Origin: Auanema rhodensis
Lineage: Eukaryota; Animalia; Nematoda
Direction: 5' to 3'
Assembly: GCA_964057225.1 (NCBI GenBank)
Contig: OZ059897.1
Location: 11,036,001 to 11,100,000, forward strand
DNA: 64,000 bases
Positions 24,301-35,472 of the stretch are shown here, piece by piece. The notes below the pieces were generated by a model. That model searched no databases. It saw only the letters and a list, made by a program, of their open reading frames with translations, and was not told where the DNA came from. Every line of letters starts with the position of its first letter. The first letter of the stretch is position 1. Both the position numbers and the translations under genes were made by a program.

Positions 24301-25757
24301 TTCTGTTCATTGAATTAGAATTTTCATGTTGTCACACAGAAATTGAAGAATCTTAGTTCAATTCAGTAACAATGAACACACTAACTTTGTTAAGTTGTTG
24401 TAATATCGGCCCAAGTAATATAGTGGTTAGTACTCCACGTTGTGGCCGTGGCGACACAGATTCGATTCCTTTGTTGGGCATTTTTCGTTTTGAAATTAAA
24501 ATGCTACAAAATTATTGCTTGCTTGTCATGTTAGATTTCTTTAATTTGAATACTTATTCAAGTTATAACAATTTTCGATTTAATCACGTTCAATTAATAG
24601 TATTGTTTTCAAAAATAAAGACATCTTTCAATTTCTGGCCTTTGAATTAGAATTTTCATGTTGTCACACAGAAATTGAAGAATCTTAGTTCATTTCAGTA
24701 ACAATGAACAGAATAACTTTGTTTAGTTGTTGTAATATCGGCCCAAGTAGTATAGTGGTTAGTACTCCACGTTGTGGCCGTGGCGACACAGGTTCGATTC
24801 CTGTCTTGGGCATTTTTTGTTTTGAAATTAAAATGCTATAAACATATTGCTAGCTTGTCATGTTAGATTTCTCTAATTTGAATACTTATTCAAGTTCTAA
24901 CAATTTTTGATTTAATCACGTTTAATTAATAGTATTGTTTTCAAAAATAAAGACATCTTTCAATTTCTGGCCTTTGAATTAGAATTTTCATGTTGTCACA
25001 CAGAAATTGAAGAATCTTAGTTCAATTCAGTAACAATGAACACACTAACTTTGTTAAGTTGTTCTAATATCGGCTCAAGTAATATAGTGGTTAGTACTCC
25101 ACGTTGTGGCCGTGGCGACACAGATTCGATTCCTTTGTTGGGCATTTTTCGTTTTGAAATTAAAATGCTACAAAATTATTGCTTGCTTGTCATGTTAGAT
25201 TTCTTTAATTTGAATACTTATTCAAGTTATAACAATTTTCGATTTAATCACGTTCAATTAATAGTATTGTTTTCAAAAATAAAGACATCTTTCAATTTCT
25301 GGCCTTTGAATTAGAATTTTCATGTTGTCACACAGAAATTGAAGAATCTTAGTTCATTTCAGTAACAATGAACACACTAACTTTGTTAAGTTGTTGTTAT
25401 ATTGGCCCAAGTAATATAGTGGTTAGTACTCCACGTTGTGGCCGTGGCGACACAGATTCGATTCCTGTTTTGGGCATTTTTTGTTTTGAAATTTAAATGC
25501 TATAAAATTATTGCTTGCTTGTCATGTTAGATTTCTTTAATTTGAATACTTATTCAAGTTCTAACAATTTTTGATTTAATCACGTTCAATTAACTGTATT
25601 GTTTTCAAAAATAAAAACATCTTTCAATTTCTGGCCTTTGAATTAGAATTTTCATGTTGTCACACAGAAATTGAAGAATCTTAGTTCAATTCAGTAACAC
25701 TGAACACACTAACTTTGTTAAGTTGTTGTAATATCGACCCAAGTAATATAGTGGTTA
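18362..25757 (+). repeat. Tandem tRNA-His array block 2 (22 full copies + 1 truncated)
   Basis: tRNA starts at 18433 + 332n up to 25405; the last unit breaks off at 25757. Confidence 0.98.
18765..18836 (+). tRNA. tRNA-His(GTG), canonical copy (also 19429 and 24741)
   Basis: Same sequence as 401-472 with intact A and B boxes. Confidence 0.94.
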
Positions 25758-25854
25758 TATAGTCGGCGATGATAATACTTCGGAACCAACATCTATTCAA
25801 TCAGAACCTTCTACTAACTACTTCGTCCATATCACTACTAACAAATAAATTATA

Positions 25855-27157
25855 TTAGGTCCCGAACTAAGTCTTGCGCCCCCCCTAGTGTGATATGAAA
25901 AATCAAAAAAAAAGTATGTAGTTGCAAAAAATTTATTAAATACTGTATTGCCCTTTGTTGGCAATAACCTTCTCCCACTTTTCTTTCAGCTTTCGAATTC
26001 CGTTTCTGAAAAATAGTTTACTTTTAGATGCAAAAAAAATTTTAACAAAATTTTCAACTTCCTCTAAGGTTTTGAAGTTTTCACCCCTTAAACTATGCTC
26101 CATTGATCTAAACAGATGGTAATCTGTTGAAGCAAGATCTGGAGAGTATGGGGGATGCTTCAAAACCGTCCAGTTCATGTCCTGAAGCGTCTGTTGGGCT
26201 TTCGCACAACAGTGTGGGCGCGCGTTATCGTGCAGTAGCGCGATGCTCCTGTTTCTGAGCGCCTCATCAGCTTCAATGGCAGCATGAAGCTTTCTGAGTT
26301 GCTCAGAATAGTAGTTCCCATCTATGGTTCTTCCATAAGGAAGAAGCTCATAGAAAAGAACACCGTTTTCGCTCCAGAAAACGGATAGGAGAGCTTTTTT
26401 AGGCGTTTGTGGGTTTGCCCTGGGGGTCATTGGAACTTCCTGCCCAGGGTTTACCCAAAACTTAAGCCTGTTTGGATTGGAGTAGAGAATCCACTTCTCG
26501 TCTCCAGTTACCAAACTTTTGAAAAAACCCCTTTTTTGGCTCATTTTCAGAAGATCCTGAGCCAAACTTATTCTCGATCTGAGATTACTCTCAGTCAGAA
26601 CATGTGGGGAAAAAGGTGAAATTTTATGGATTTTACCCATTTTTTTCAACCTTTTTGAAATAGCAACATCGCTGACTTTCAGAATGTTTCCCATTTGAAG
26701 CTGAGTTGCTCCAGGATTCTCATCCAAAACATTCTGAAGGTCTGCGTTGCTGAATTTCTTACCAGCGCCAGACCTTGGACGATCTTTTAAATCGGTTTCG
26801 CCCGCTCTAAAACGCGAATACCATCTTTTGCAGGTGCTGTAGTTTGGAGATGAATCTCCATAAACAGCTCTCATTTTTTTAAAGGCTGCTTTCGCAGATA
26901 ATCCTTCATTAAAATGATAAAAAAGAGTATGGCGCGCATGAGTAGAATTCATAACAGAAAACAGCAAAAAAAAAGATGGAAAATTAAAAACTAATTTTTC
27001 AAACAAAAAAATTTGTTTTTTGAAATTTTTTTTTGATAATATTGTTTTAAAATATTCAAATTTTCTTAATTTTAAATAATTTTAAATTTTTTTTTAAATT
27101 TTTCGAAAAAATTCGAAAAACTAGGGGGGGGGGCGCAAGACTTAGTTCGGGACCTAA
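25855..27157 (-). mobile_element. Mariner (DD34D) DNA transposon, about 1.3 kb, apparently intact
   Basis: Perfect TIRs TTAGGTCCCGAACTAAGTCTTGCGCCCCCCC flanked by TA; single transposase ORF. Confidence 0.96.
25936..26952 (-). CDS. Mariner transposase (338 aa from first ATG)
   Basis: HTH region (RWYSRFRAG..DLKDRPRSG), VTGDEKW, HDNARPH, HPPYSPDLASTDYHLF. Confidence 0.96.
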   Translation of the reverse strand: MNSTHARHTLFYHFNEGLSAKAAFKKMRAVYGDSSPNYSTCKRWYSRFRAGETDLKDRPRSGAGKKFSNADLQNVLDENPGATQLQMGNILKVSDVAISKRLKKMGKIHKISPFSPHVLTESNLRSRISLAQDLLKMSQKRGFFKSLVTGDEKWILYSNPNRLKFWVNPGQEVPMTPRANPQTPKKALLSVFWSENGVLFYELLPYGRTIDGNYYSEQLRKLHAAIEADEALRNRSIALLHDNARPHCCAKAQQTLQDMNWTVLKHPPYSPDLASTDYHLFRSMEHSLRGENFKTLEEVENFVKIFFASKSKLFFRNGIRKLKEKWEKVIANKGQYSI

Positions 27158-27201
27158 TATAAAACTTTTATTAAAAGATTAAAACCATATTAAATAAAAA
27201 T

Positions 27202-29765
27202 TTACTTCGTTTTATTTCTCGAGTTTGGTCGAGTTTTATATTTTTGGAAAAGTTCTTCAGCCAGATCGTCAGGTAGCTGCTCCCCTACAAAGACGTCCTC
27301 CACATTTACTTCATATAACTGCTGTTTCTACAAAAAAAACTTTTTCATGACATGTTTTTAAAATGCTTACCTTCTTTAAAATGTAGCCTACTATAATTTT
27401 TTTTCTATCTTCCGTATAGCCCATTATTTTGCCTTTCTGGTAATAGAAAGATTCGTGCATGCCGTAGGCTACAAAGCAACTATTCCCTACAGGGTGAGGG
27501 TCAATTTCCTGAATAAAAAATGAAATATAGATTTTTACTTATTATTTTACTTCATTTATGTACAACAATTGGCCGCTGTGTATTACAAATTTTTTTGTAA
27601 CTGGATCAAATTTTTTTATCGAGACCGTTCTAGGTCTCCTAGATTTTTTCTTCATCTCGTTAATCAACTTAATAATAATTTTAACAAGCTTGTCCCAAAA
27701 TACATCCTACCTTACGGCCTGGTGGTACTTCAAAAGGTGATGATACTTCTAAAGCATCCATTATTGAACGGCATATCTTGGCTCCATCAACTATGGTAGA
27801 ATTGCCTAATCGCATTTTTTTTGGAGGAGGGGGAGAGGAGACCTGTAACAGAATGAATCTGGGAATGTAAGGCTTTAACTTACTTGATGAGTTGAAGGAG
27901 ATCCTTCAGGGAGAGATTGTCCTCTACGAGAACAGTTGACATCACGAACTTCGGTACGTGATTGAGATCTTAACGCCCTATTAGTAACAGGGGTTTTGAC
28001 CTGAAATGAAAATGTAGCCTGGGAATGTAAGGCTTTAATTACTTGATGAGTTGAAGGAGATCCTTCAGGGAGAGATTGTTCTCTACGAGAACAGTTGACA
28101 TCACTTACTTCGGTACGTGATTGAGATCTTAACGCCCTATTAGTAACAGGGGTTCTGACCTGAAATAAAAATGTAGCTCATATTTATTGTATAACTAACT
28201 TACTTCACAATGTGAAGGGGAGCGTTCTGGATCAGTAGCAGGGGGGGTGACCTGAAAAAGAATGTAAGGCATATATTGAGAATTACAACGTACTTCACTA
28301 CGTGAAGAATATACCCGATAAGTAACAGGGGAGGTGACCTGAAATAGAATGTGAGGCTCATATTTAGTGTATAACTTACTTCACTACGTGAAGGGGAATT
28401 TTCAGGGAGAGAAGGTTCTCGACGAGGAGAGTTGACGTCAGGCACTACAGTGCGTGATCGAGATCTTGCCGGATTAGTACGTGATCGAGATCTTATAGGA
28501 ACAGAGGAGGTGACCTGAAATGGAATGTAAGGCTCATATTTATTGTATAACTTACTTCACATTGTAAAGGGAAAATTTCTGGATTAGTAACAGAGGAGGT
28601 GACCTGAAAAATAATGTAATGCTTACATCATTAGGCTTTATTAAATAAATAAAAAATATATAATTATTTTGTACCTCTAGGACTGCATCAACTATTTTTC
28701 TACCTTCTAATTTCAAATAGTCGATGGGGTCAAACGAAAAGTCAATATTTGAACAGAAATCCTAAAAAACAACAAATCCAATTAAAATAATACTATTAAT
28801 CATACATCTATTGGAAACTTGAGAGTTTCAGCTATAGACTCCTGGAATGATTTAATAACAAGGTGTTGATTTTCCCATTGATCCGAAGATAAGATCCACA
28901 GGGCGGAGGAACATCTTGCACATAGTAGAGTTGCAGCAACCGCATTTGCAACATTTTCCTCGAAGTACTTGGAAGTTGGCTTACACGTTACTGTATGCCT
29001 GCTGCTGTCAGAACTAACAAAAATGTGTAAAAATCAACAAGAAAAATCCTACTGTTTTTTTTTAAACAATTCGTGTGCTAAATCCACCCTGTACTCCATC
29101 CATTCCCCTTCCCAGCATAACTTGATCATATGAGGATTAAAGCTAATTTCCTAAAAAAAAATAAGAATATGCAAGTCTGAAGGTTATATATTACCCCTAG
29201 TAATCCCAGTCTGTTGCCCACACCATATCGTCCTTTGATTTTGGTAAAGATGGTGGAATCTTTACCCCCGCTGGGGTTAAGCGGCTGTAGAAAGACTCGG
29301 TGATCCAGGTAAGGAGACGCCTGGGGCGGCTGGAGAAACGTTTCAAAAAAAGGAACCGTATGATGTAGGCTCGACGTCTAAAAAATAATATAAAAACAAT
29401 ATCAGATAAATAAAAATAAACATACGCATTTTGACTTGGGCCTCATGGAGAAATTTTCATATATGTATCTCGTGATGAAATACAACATTCTCAAGTTTCG
29501 AATAATCTGGTATCTTGGATGCCTGGACTTTAAGGCTAAGCAAAAGTTGAAGGATTGACACCCTGAGAGTATTTTATCAACTTCATTGGCTATCTTGCTA
29601 TTTTTATGACAGTCAATATTATATAAGTTAATTAGCTAAAAAAATTAATTTGTAGGGTTGTTAAAATTAAATAAAACGTACAATGTCGAACAGTGGACGA
29701 TTGTTCCTTAGGAAACTTTGGACATTTATTTCTTTTAGAAGTCCCTCATCATAATGTTTAAACAT
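27202..29765 (-). CDS. Multi-exon gene 'A': unknown N-terminal domain, Ser/Arg/Pro repeat linker, C-terminal Tudor-like domain
   Basis: Manually spliced with GT-AG introns. TTTTCAG directly precedes ATG 29765; exon 1 is 29682-29765 (MFKHYDEG...). Last exons 27371-27508 and 27202-27327 read HPVGNSCFVAYGMHESFYYQKGKIMGYTEDRKKIIVGYILKKKQQLYEVNVEDVF. Paralog at 31180-33900. Splicing through the repeat linker was not fully resolved. Confidence 0.7.
27840..28620 (-). repeat. Tandemly repeated exon+intron units in gene A
   Basis: Recurring TTTCAG|GTCA...GAA|GTAAGT units; a near-exact duplication of about 160 bp at 27861-28020 / 28021-28178. Confidence 0.8.
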
Positions 29766-30129
29766 TAACTGAAAAAATTGAAACTAATTAAAAAATATTT
29801 CATTATATAAAAAATATATATGATATATGTGAGCATTATATAGCATATTTAAACGTAAGGTTCACATACTTAATGATCTGTGCGGGACCATTAAATAAAA
29901 GGCGGCATGAGCGTCCCTGTAAGGCTTACATTTTTTGGTTATTTTCAGGTTACGACATGTAAGGTTTACGTGCACAGGATTACGTTCGTATACATGTTTT
30001 TCAAGAGGAAGAACATTTCAGAGAAAGAGGAATTAAAAAAAAAAGGTTGAGCATAAATCTCACTATACAATGTATAGTTGAAATAGCAAAAAAGGTATGA
30101 CGATGTATTATTTAGATCTAAATTGTTTT

Positions 30130-31038
30130 AGAGGCTTGAGGTATTAAGAATTGGAGATGTAAATTGTTTTAGAGGCTTGAGTTATTGAGAATTGGAGATG
30201 TAGAACAGGCGGGTCAATTGTTAAAACAATTGAAAGAAGTTGACCATTACTGCTTAACTTCCAATATCTTCCTATATTTGCGGATACTATGGTAGCTTAG
30301 AAGAAGGTGAGGCGAATGACGACTACACGATATTAACAAAATTTGGCGACTTTGAAGCATCTCATGTACAAAAATTGTTTAAGCCGGTATGAAAGCCTTA
30401 CATTTATAAACTGTACATTACGTATGGCTTACATATTTTTAGGAACCTGGGTTCATGTTTGCTGAATCATACGCCAATCATTGTCTACTTCATAGCAATT
30501 CTGAGATGGTTACTTGTTTCGAATTCAACGACTTCCCCATACTCATACTCAGAGCCATTAAAACTATTAGAAATGGACAACAAATTTTATTTAATTATAA
30601 TATAACGGGAAAGCAATGTCTGCGATTTGATTTTTATAATGAATGTCCCTGTTCATCGGAACAACCATTAATAAAGGATGTGAGACCCTTCGGTCCTCTA
30701 TCTCAAGAAGGCAAAGAAAAATGGACTAAATACTTTAGTCAATATTTTTTTATATTTTTTATGTTAATTATTCCTTTTCAGAAAGAAATAAAGAAGTTCC
30801 AAGTGCTTCATTAGGAAGCCAATGTTCCACCACTCAAGATTTGGAAATCACGGATGTCGTTATGATTAGTGACCAAACTGACAATGAAATTAATACTCCT
30901 TTTTCGAATAATGATATAGTCGGCGATGATAATACTTCGGAACCAACATCTATTCAATCAGAACCTTCTACTGATCCTGATGGGAACGAGTCAGAATTAG
31001 TCGTCGCTCACAACTCCAGCTTATTGCTACAAGTATAA
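30130..31038 (+). pseudogene. SET-domain (lysine methyltransferase-like) gene, internally rearranged
   Basis: YANHCLLHSN...LILRAIKTIRNGQQILFNY...CPC matches the SET NHxC / GEELxxxY / post-SET pattern. 41-bp tandem duplication at 30121-30202; apparent deletion junction near 30262 relative to 32190-32310. Confidence 0.7.
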
Positions 31039-31179
31039 ATTAAATATTAATCAATCAATTTGATAAAGTGTTCCAGATTATCCCTGATATGCAATTAAAG
31101 ATAACTAGACCGAACTACTACATTGGGAAACTTTGGTGTCCCATCTGTGGACTTCTCAAGAAACAAGGAAGCTATAACT

Positions 31180-32084
31180 GTAACCATGTGTTGGTTATCC
31201 CATCTATCGGATGTCAAAATCCATAAGGCCGAGGAGCATCTGGCACAAAGTAGGGTCGCAGCCACTGCTTGAGCGATATTCTCTTCGAAATGAGTCGACG
31301 TAGGCTTACAGCTGATGGTATGTCGGCTTTCACAACTTCAAAAATTATGGCATAGAAATTAAATTAACAAAAAGCCTACTGATTTTTTTCAAAAAATTCG
31401 TGGGCCAAATCTACCCTATATTCGATCCACACTCCTTCCCAGCATAATCTTATTATATGTGGATTGAAAGATATTTCCTAAATATATGTATTACTTTAGG
31501 TATTACTTTTGATATCTTACTCCAAGTAGCCCTAATCTATTTCCGACTCCATATCTTCCTTTAATCCTCGTAAAGATAGTTGAATCTTTTCCACCGTTAG
31601 GGTTGAGAGGCTGCATCACTACCCTATGGTCAAGATATGGGGAAGCTTGGGGAGGTTGGAGAAATGTTTCCAGAAACTGGACTGTGTGGTGGAGGCTCGA
31701 TGTCTAGAAAAATAATGCTACAACAATTTTGAATAATTTAACATACGCATTGGGCTTTAGGTCGCATTGTATAATTTTCATAAATGTATCTTGTTATGAG
31801 GTACAACATTCTAAGATTGCGAATAATTCGGTAGTGGGGATGTCTAGATTTTAGAGCAATGCAAAAGTTAAATGATTTACATCCTGTTAGTATTTTATCT
31901 ATTTCATTAGAAATTTTAATATTTTTTTTACATTCTATTCCATATAACTGAATAAGCTTAAAAAAATAAATGGTTGGGTAGTTAAAATTTTAAACATACT
32001 TTATCAAATATGGGACGGGTTGCTTTTCAAAAAGGCCTGTACATTTATCTCTTTTAAAATTCCTTCATCGTAATGTCGAAACAT
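31180..32084 (-). pseudogene. 5' half of gene A paralog (A')
   Basis: MFRHYDEGILKEINVQAF...; same intron positions as gene A; +1 frameshift in exon 1; truncated at about 31180. Confidence 0.75.
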
Positions 32085-32138
32085 CCAGCACTGAAAATTA
32101 AAAATACTTAAAAATATACATTTGAACATGGCATAAAA

Positions 32139-32710
32139 AATATAAAAATATAAACCAAAGTCAAAATATAAACCATTAATGATAAAAATATTAAGAATTG
32201 GAGATGTAGAACAGGCGGGTCAATTGTTAAAACAATTGAAAGAAGTTGACCATTACTGCTTAACTTCCAAAAAAGAGACAGCTATATATAATTATTGTCT
32301 AGCAACATGGGTAGGCTTTTTGTGTTTTAATTATTGTCTAGCAACATGGGTAGGCTTTTTGTTAATTTAATTTCTATGCCATAATTTTTGAAGTTGTGAA
32401 AGCCGACATACCATCAGCTGTAAAAATATAAAAATATAAACCAAAGTCAAAATATAAACCATTAATGATAAAAATATTAAGAATTGGAGATGTAGAACAG
32501 GCGGGTCAATTGTTAAAACAATTGAAAGAAGTTGACCATTACTGCTTAACTTCCAAAAAAGAGACAGCTATATATAATTATTGTCTAGCAACATGGGTAG
32601 GCTTTTTGTGTTTTAATTATTGTCTAGCAACATGGGTAAGCTTTTTGTTAATTTAATTTCTATGCCATAATTTTTGAAGTTGTGAAAGCCGACATACCAT
32701 CAGCTGTAAG
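32139..32710 (+). repeat. 286-bp tandem duplication made of SET-gene and gene-A' fragments
   Basis: Near-identical ORFs at 32179 and 32465; contains sequence matching 30184-30262 and the reverse complement of about 31310-31385. Confidence 0.85.
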
Positions 32711-33900
32711 CCTACGTCGACTCATTTCGAAGAGAATATCGCTCAAGCAGTGGCTGCGACCCTACTTTGTGCCAGATGCTCCTCGGCCTTATGGATTTTG
32801 ACATCCGATAGATGGGATAACCAACACATGGTTATTAAGGCTTTTCAGGAAGGCATTGCTGAAACGCTGAAGTTTTCCATGGATGTAAGATTAGGGTTTT
32901 TTGGATATCATAAATTGCGGTTTTTGTAGGATTTTTGCTCAAGTATGGACTTTTCTTTTGATCCAACGGACTATATGAAGATGGAAGCTAGAAAATTAAT
33001 GGATGCAGCCCTAGAAGTAAAAATAAAATTCATGTTTAATTGTTTTTATTTTTTTGTTTTACAGTTTTCCTCCTCCCACCTCCCTACTAACATCGAAAAT
33101 TCTCCTTCACCTAGTGAAGTAAGTTATAACTCTTATTGTAAGCCTTACATTCTTTACAGCCTTCTTCCCGTACTGACAGATCTCCTCCCCCCCTCATGAA
33201 GGAAGTTCATCACCTCATGAAGTAAGTAATATAATTCTTAATGTAAGTCTTACATTCTTTACAGACTTCTTCTCCTCCTGCCGATAGATCTCCTCCTGCT
33301 GACAAATCTCCTCCCCCCCCCCCTCATGAAGTAAGTTATAACTTTTAATGTAAGCCTTACATTCTTTACAGCCTTCTTCCCGTACTGACAGATCTCCTCC
33401 CCCCCTCATGAAGTAAGTAATATAATTCTTAATGTAAGTCTTACATTCTTTACAGACTTCTTCTCCTCCTGCTGACAGATCTCCTCCCCCCCCCCCTCAT
33501 GAAGGAACTTCATTTCCTCATGAAGTAAGTTATAATTCTTAATGTAAGCCTTACATTCTTTACAGACGTTCTCTCCTCGTCAAAAACGATCGCGAATGAG
33601 CTCTGTTCCTCAAAAAAGAGAAACCCCTCTCAAGGTTATTATTCCGTATTCCTAATTCCAGACTTTACATATTATTAAATTACAGTCTTTTATCTATCGA
33701 GAAACTGTTGCTGACGGAGCAACGATATGCCGTTCTATAATGAACGCCTTAAACGTAGATGAAGCGTCCCCATTCCAGGTGCCGCCAGGGCCTAAGGTAT
33801 AATGTATTTTATAATGTATTCAGCTAATTAGTATAAGTTCAGCTGGTAAATATCGATCCCCCCACCTTAAAAAGTTGAACGTCCTCGTTCAAAAACAAAA
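32640..33900 (+). pseudogene. 3' portion of gene A paralog, inverted, with repeated micro-exons
   Basis: CARCSSALW..., DFCSSMDFSFDP..., DGATICRSIM match gene A exons; repeated exon/intron units at 33100-33570; cut off by the Gypsy LTR remnant. Confidence 0.72.
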
Positions 33901-33966
33901 TAAATTAATTCACTTTTTTGTAGACTACATTGGTCTGTAAAATCGACGCGGGAGCATAACGGAACG

Positions 33967-33979
33967 TGGAGGTTCCACC
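33967..33979 (+). promoter_or_regulatory. Primer-binding site, tRNA-Gln type
   Basis: TGGAGGTTCCACC is the complement of the ...GGTGGAACCT-CCA end of eukaryotic tRNA-Gln and follows the LTR remnant directly. Confidence 0.85.
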
Positions 33980-35472
33980 TCGAACTTATAACAATTTTTT
34001 TCCTTCTCTCTAATGTTTGTGTTGTTAATTCATTTTCAAATCTCTTTCATCTCTCTTTTTCTCATACCATCTACTCTATGTCTTAACACAATACGGAGGG
34101 GCCAACAACGTTAAATGGGAACAGAGGCAAGTAATCCTTTTTTTTTTAAAGAAGGATTATACGTTTCGAGATTATTATTTTCCCGTTTGTTCACAAAAAG
34201 TTTTTCGTCTGAACCTTTAAATTTCGTATCCTTGCTTATAACATCTGAAATGCTCTGTTACCCAACCTTGAAGCTTGATGAGGGCTTTAGGCTGAATTAG
34301 TGAACAAATTCACCTAAAGTAATTGTTATTTTGTATTTCCCACGCCTTCTCCTTTTTAAGGATTAATTTTGGCTTCAAGGAAAGAATAACTTCGGTTATA
34401 TCTTTATATTTCGTGGATGAAGTTTGTTTTGCGATCAGGACTATTTTATTTTGCGTTACGATTTCGTTCAGACAAATTTTGCTTCTAACATCCTAAATTT
34501 ATAATCAGTACGCATGAAAAAAAATTACACGGGAAACCTCACCAGAAAGGGAGGATTGTTAATTTATAGATCGCTATAGTCCGAAAAATCCTGTTGAAAA
34601 ATGTTATCTCGAATTTGAATCATGATTAACACAGGTCGTGTTGGCTAAAGCATATCGGTTTGGATTTTCTCCCCTTACTGAATGTCACCTTCCTCATACC
34701 GTTATTGTTGTTCAGAAGCATAAGACTCACGCATTGAACCTTATTCCAACTTTAATACTAGTTCTTGTAATATTTAGCCATTTAACTCTGCTTTTATTTC
34801 AAAATTCGATTTCTGATCACGAAATATCTACATTCATCATTGCGAAACGCTCTTTTGTAAAACTAATATTACGAATCCCATGACTTTTGTTACAACGAAA
34901 CATGCGAGCTACACCAAATGTATTTGAAAACCAGATTGTAAAGAAACAAAAATTATTTTTGGTCACAAAAGAGAAATTGGTGCACATTTATTGTTAAACT
35001 GCTCTTTTATCAAAAGCATGTTACGAATTACACCATAAGTTTTGTTGCAAGATGACACACCACATGGTCGAGAAACTAGTGTAACAAAACATAAGTTTAG
35101 TCAGCATGAGGAAAATGGTTGCATACAAATCAGTAAAATGTGCTGTAATTGAACGAATATTACGAATTACACTAAACGTTTTGTAAAATAACAGCTTGGT
35201 CACCCCAGATGTTTTGTGAATCAGACTTTCAACTACAGAGAAAATACGGAGAGCACCAGAGTCCCGATATCACACAGTAGAAGGCGGATCCATCGCCATT
35301 GGCCAAGGCATCGACCTCATTCTCACAAGTTGTCGATACGACACCGGTCGCTCTCCAAAGCCTTTCTCATTTTGCCTACATCCTCATCCTTATTCACAGC
35401 ATTCTTTAACGTCTCAACATCCCACACGTTACCAAGCACTCAAGGTTTTTTCAAACCAAGAGTTCTAGCAAG

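Noticed and set aside
696-25314. Dozens of 60-92 aa ORFs (MNTLTLLSCC...)
   Set aside because: They are by-products of the repeat unit, overlap the tRNA gene, and are opened or closed by random SNPs.
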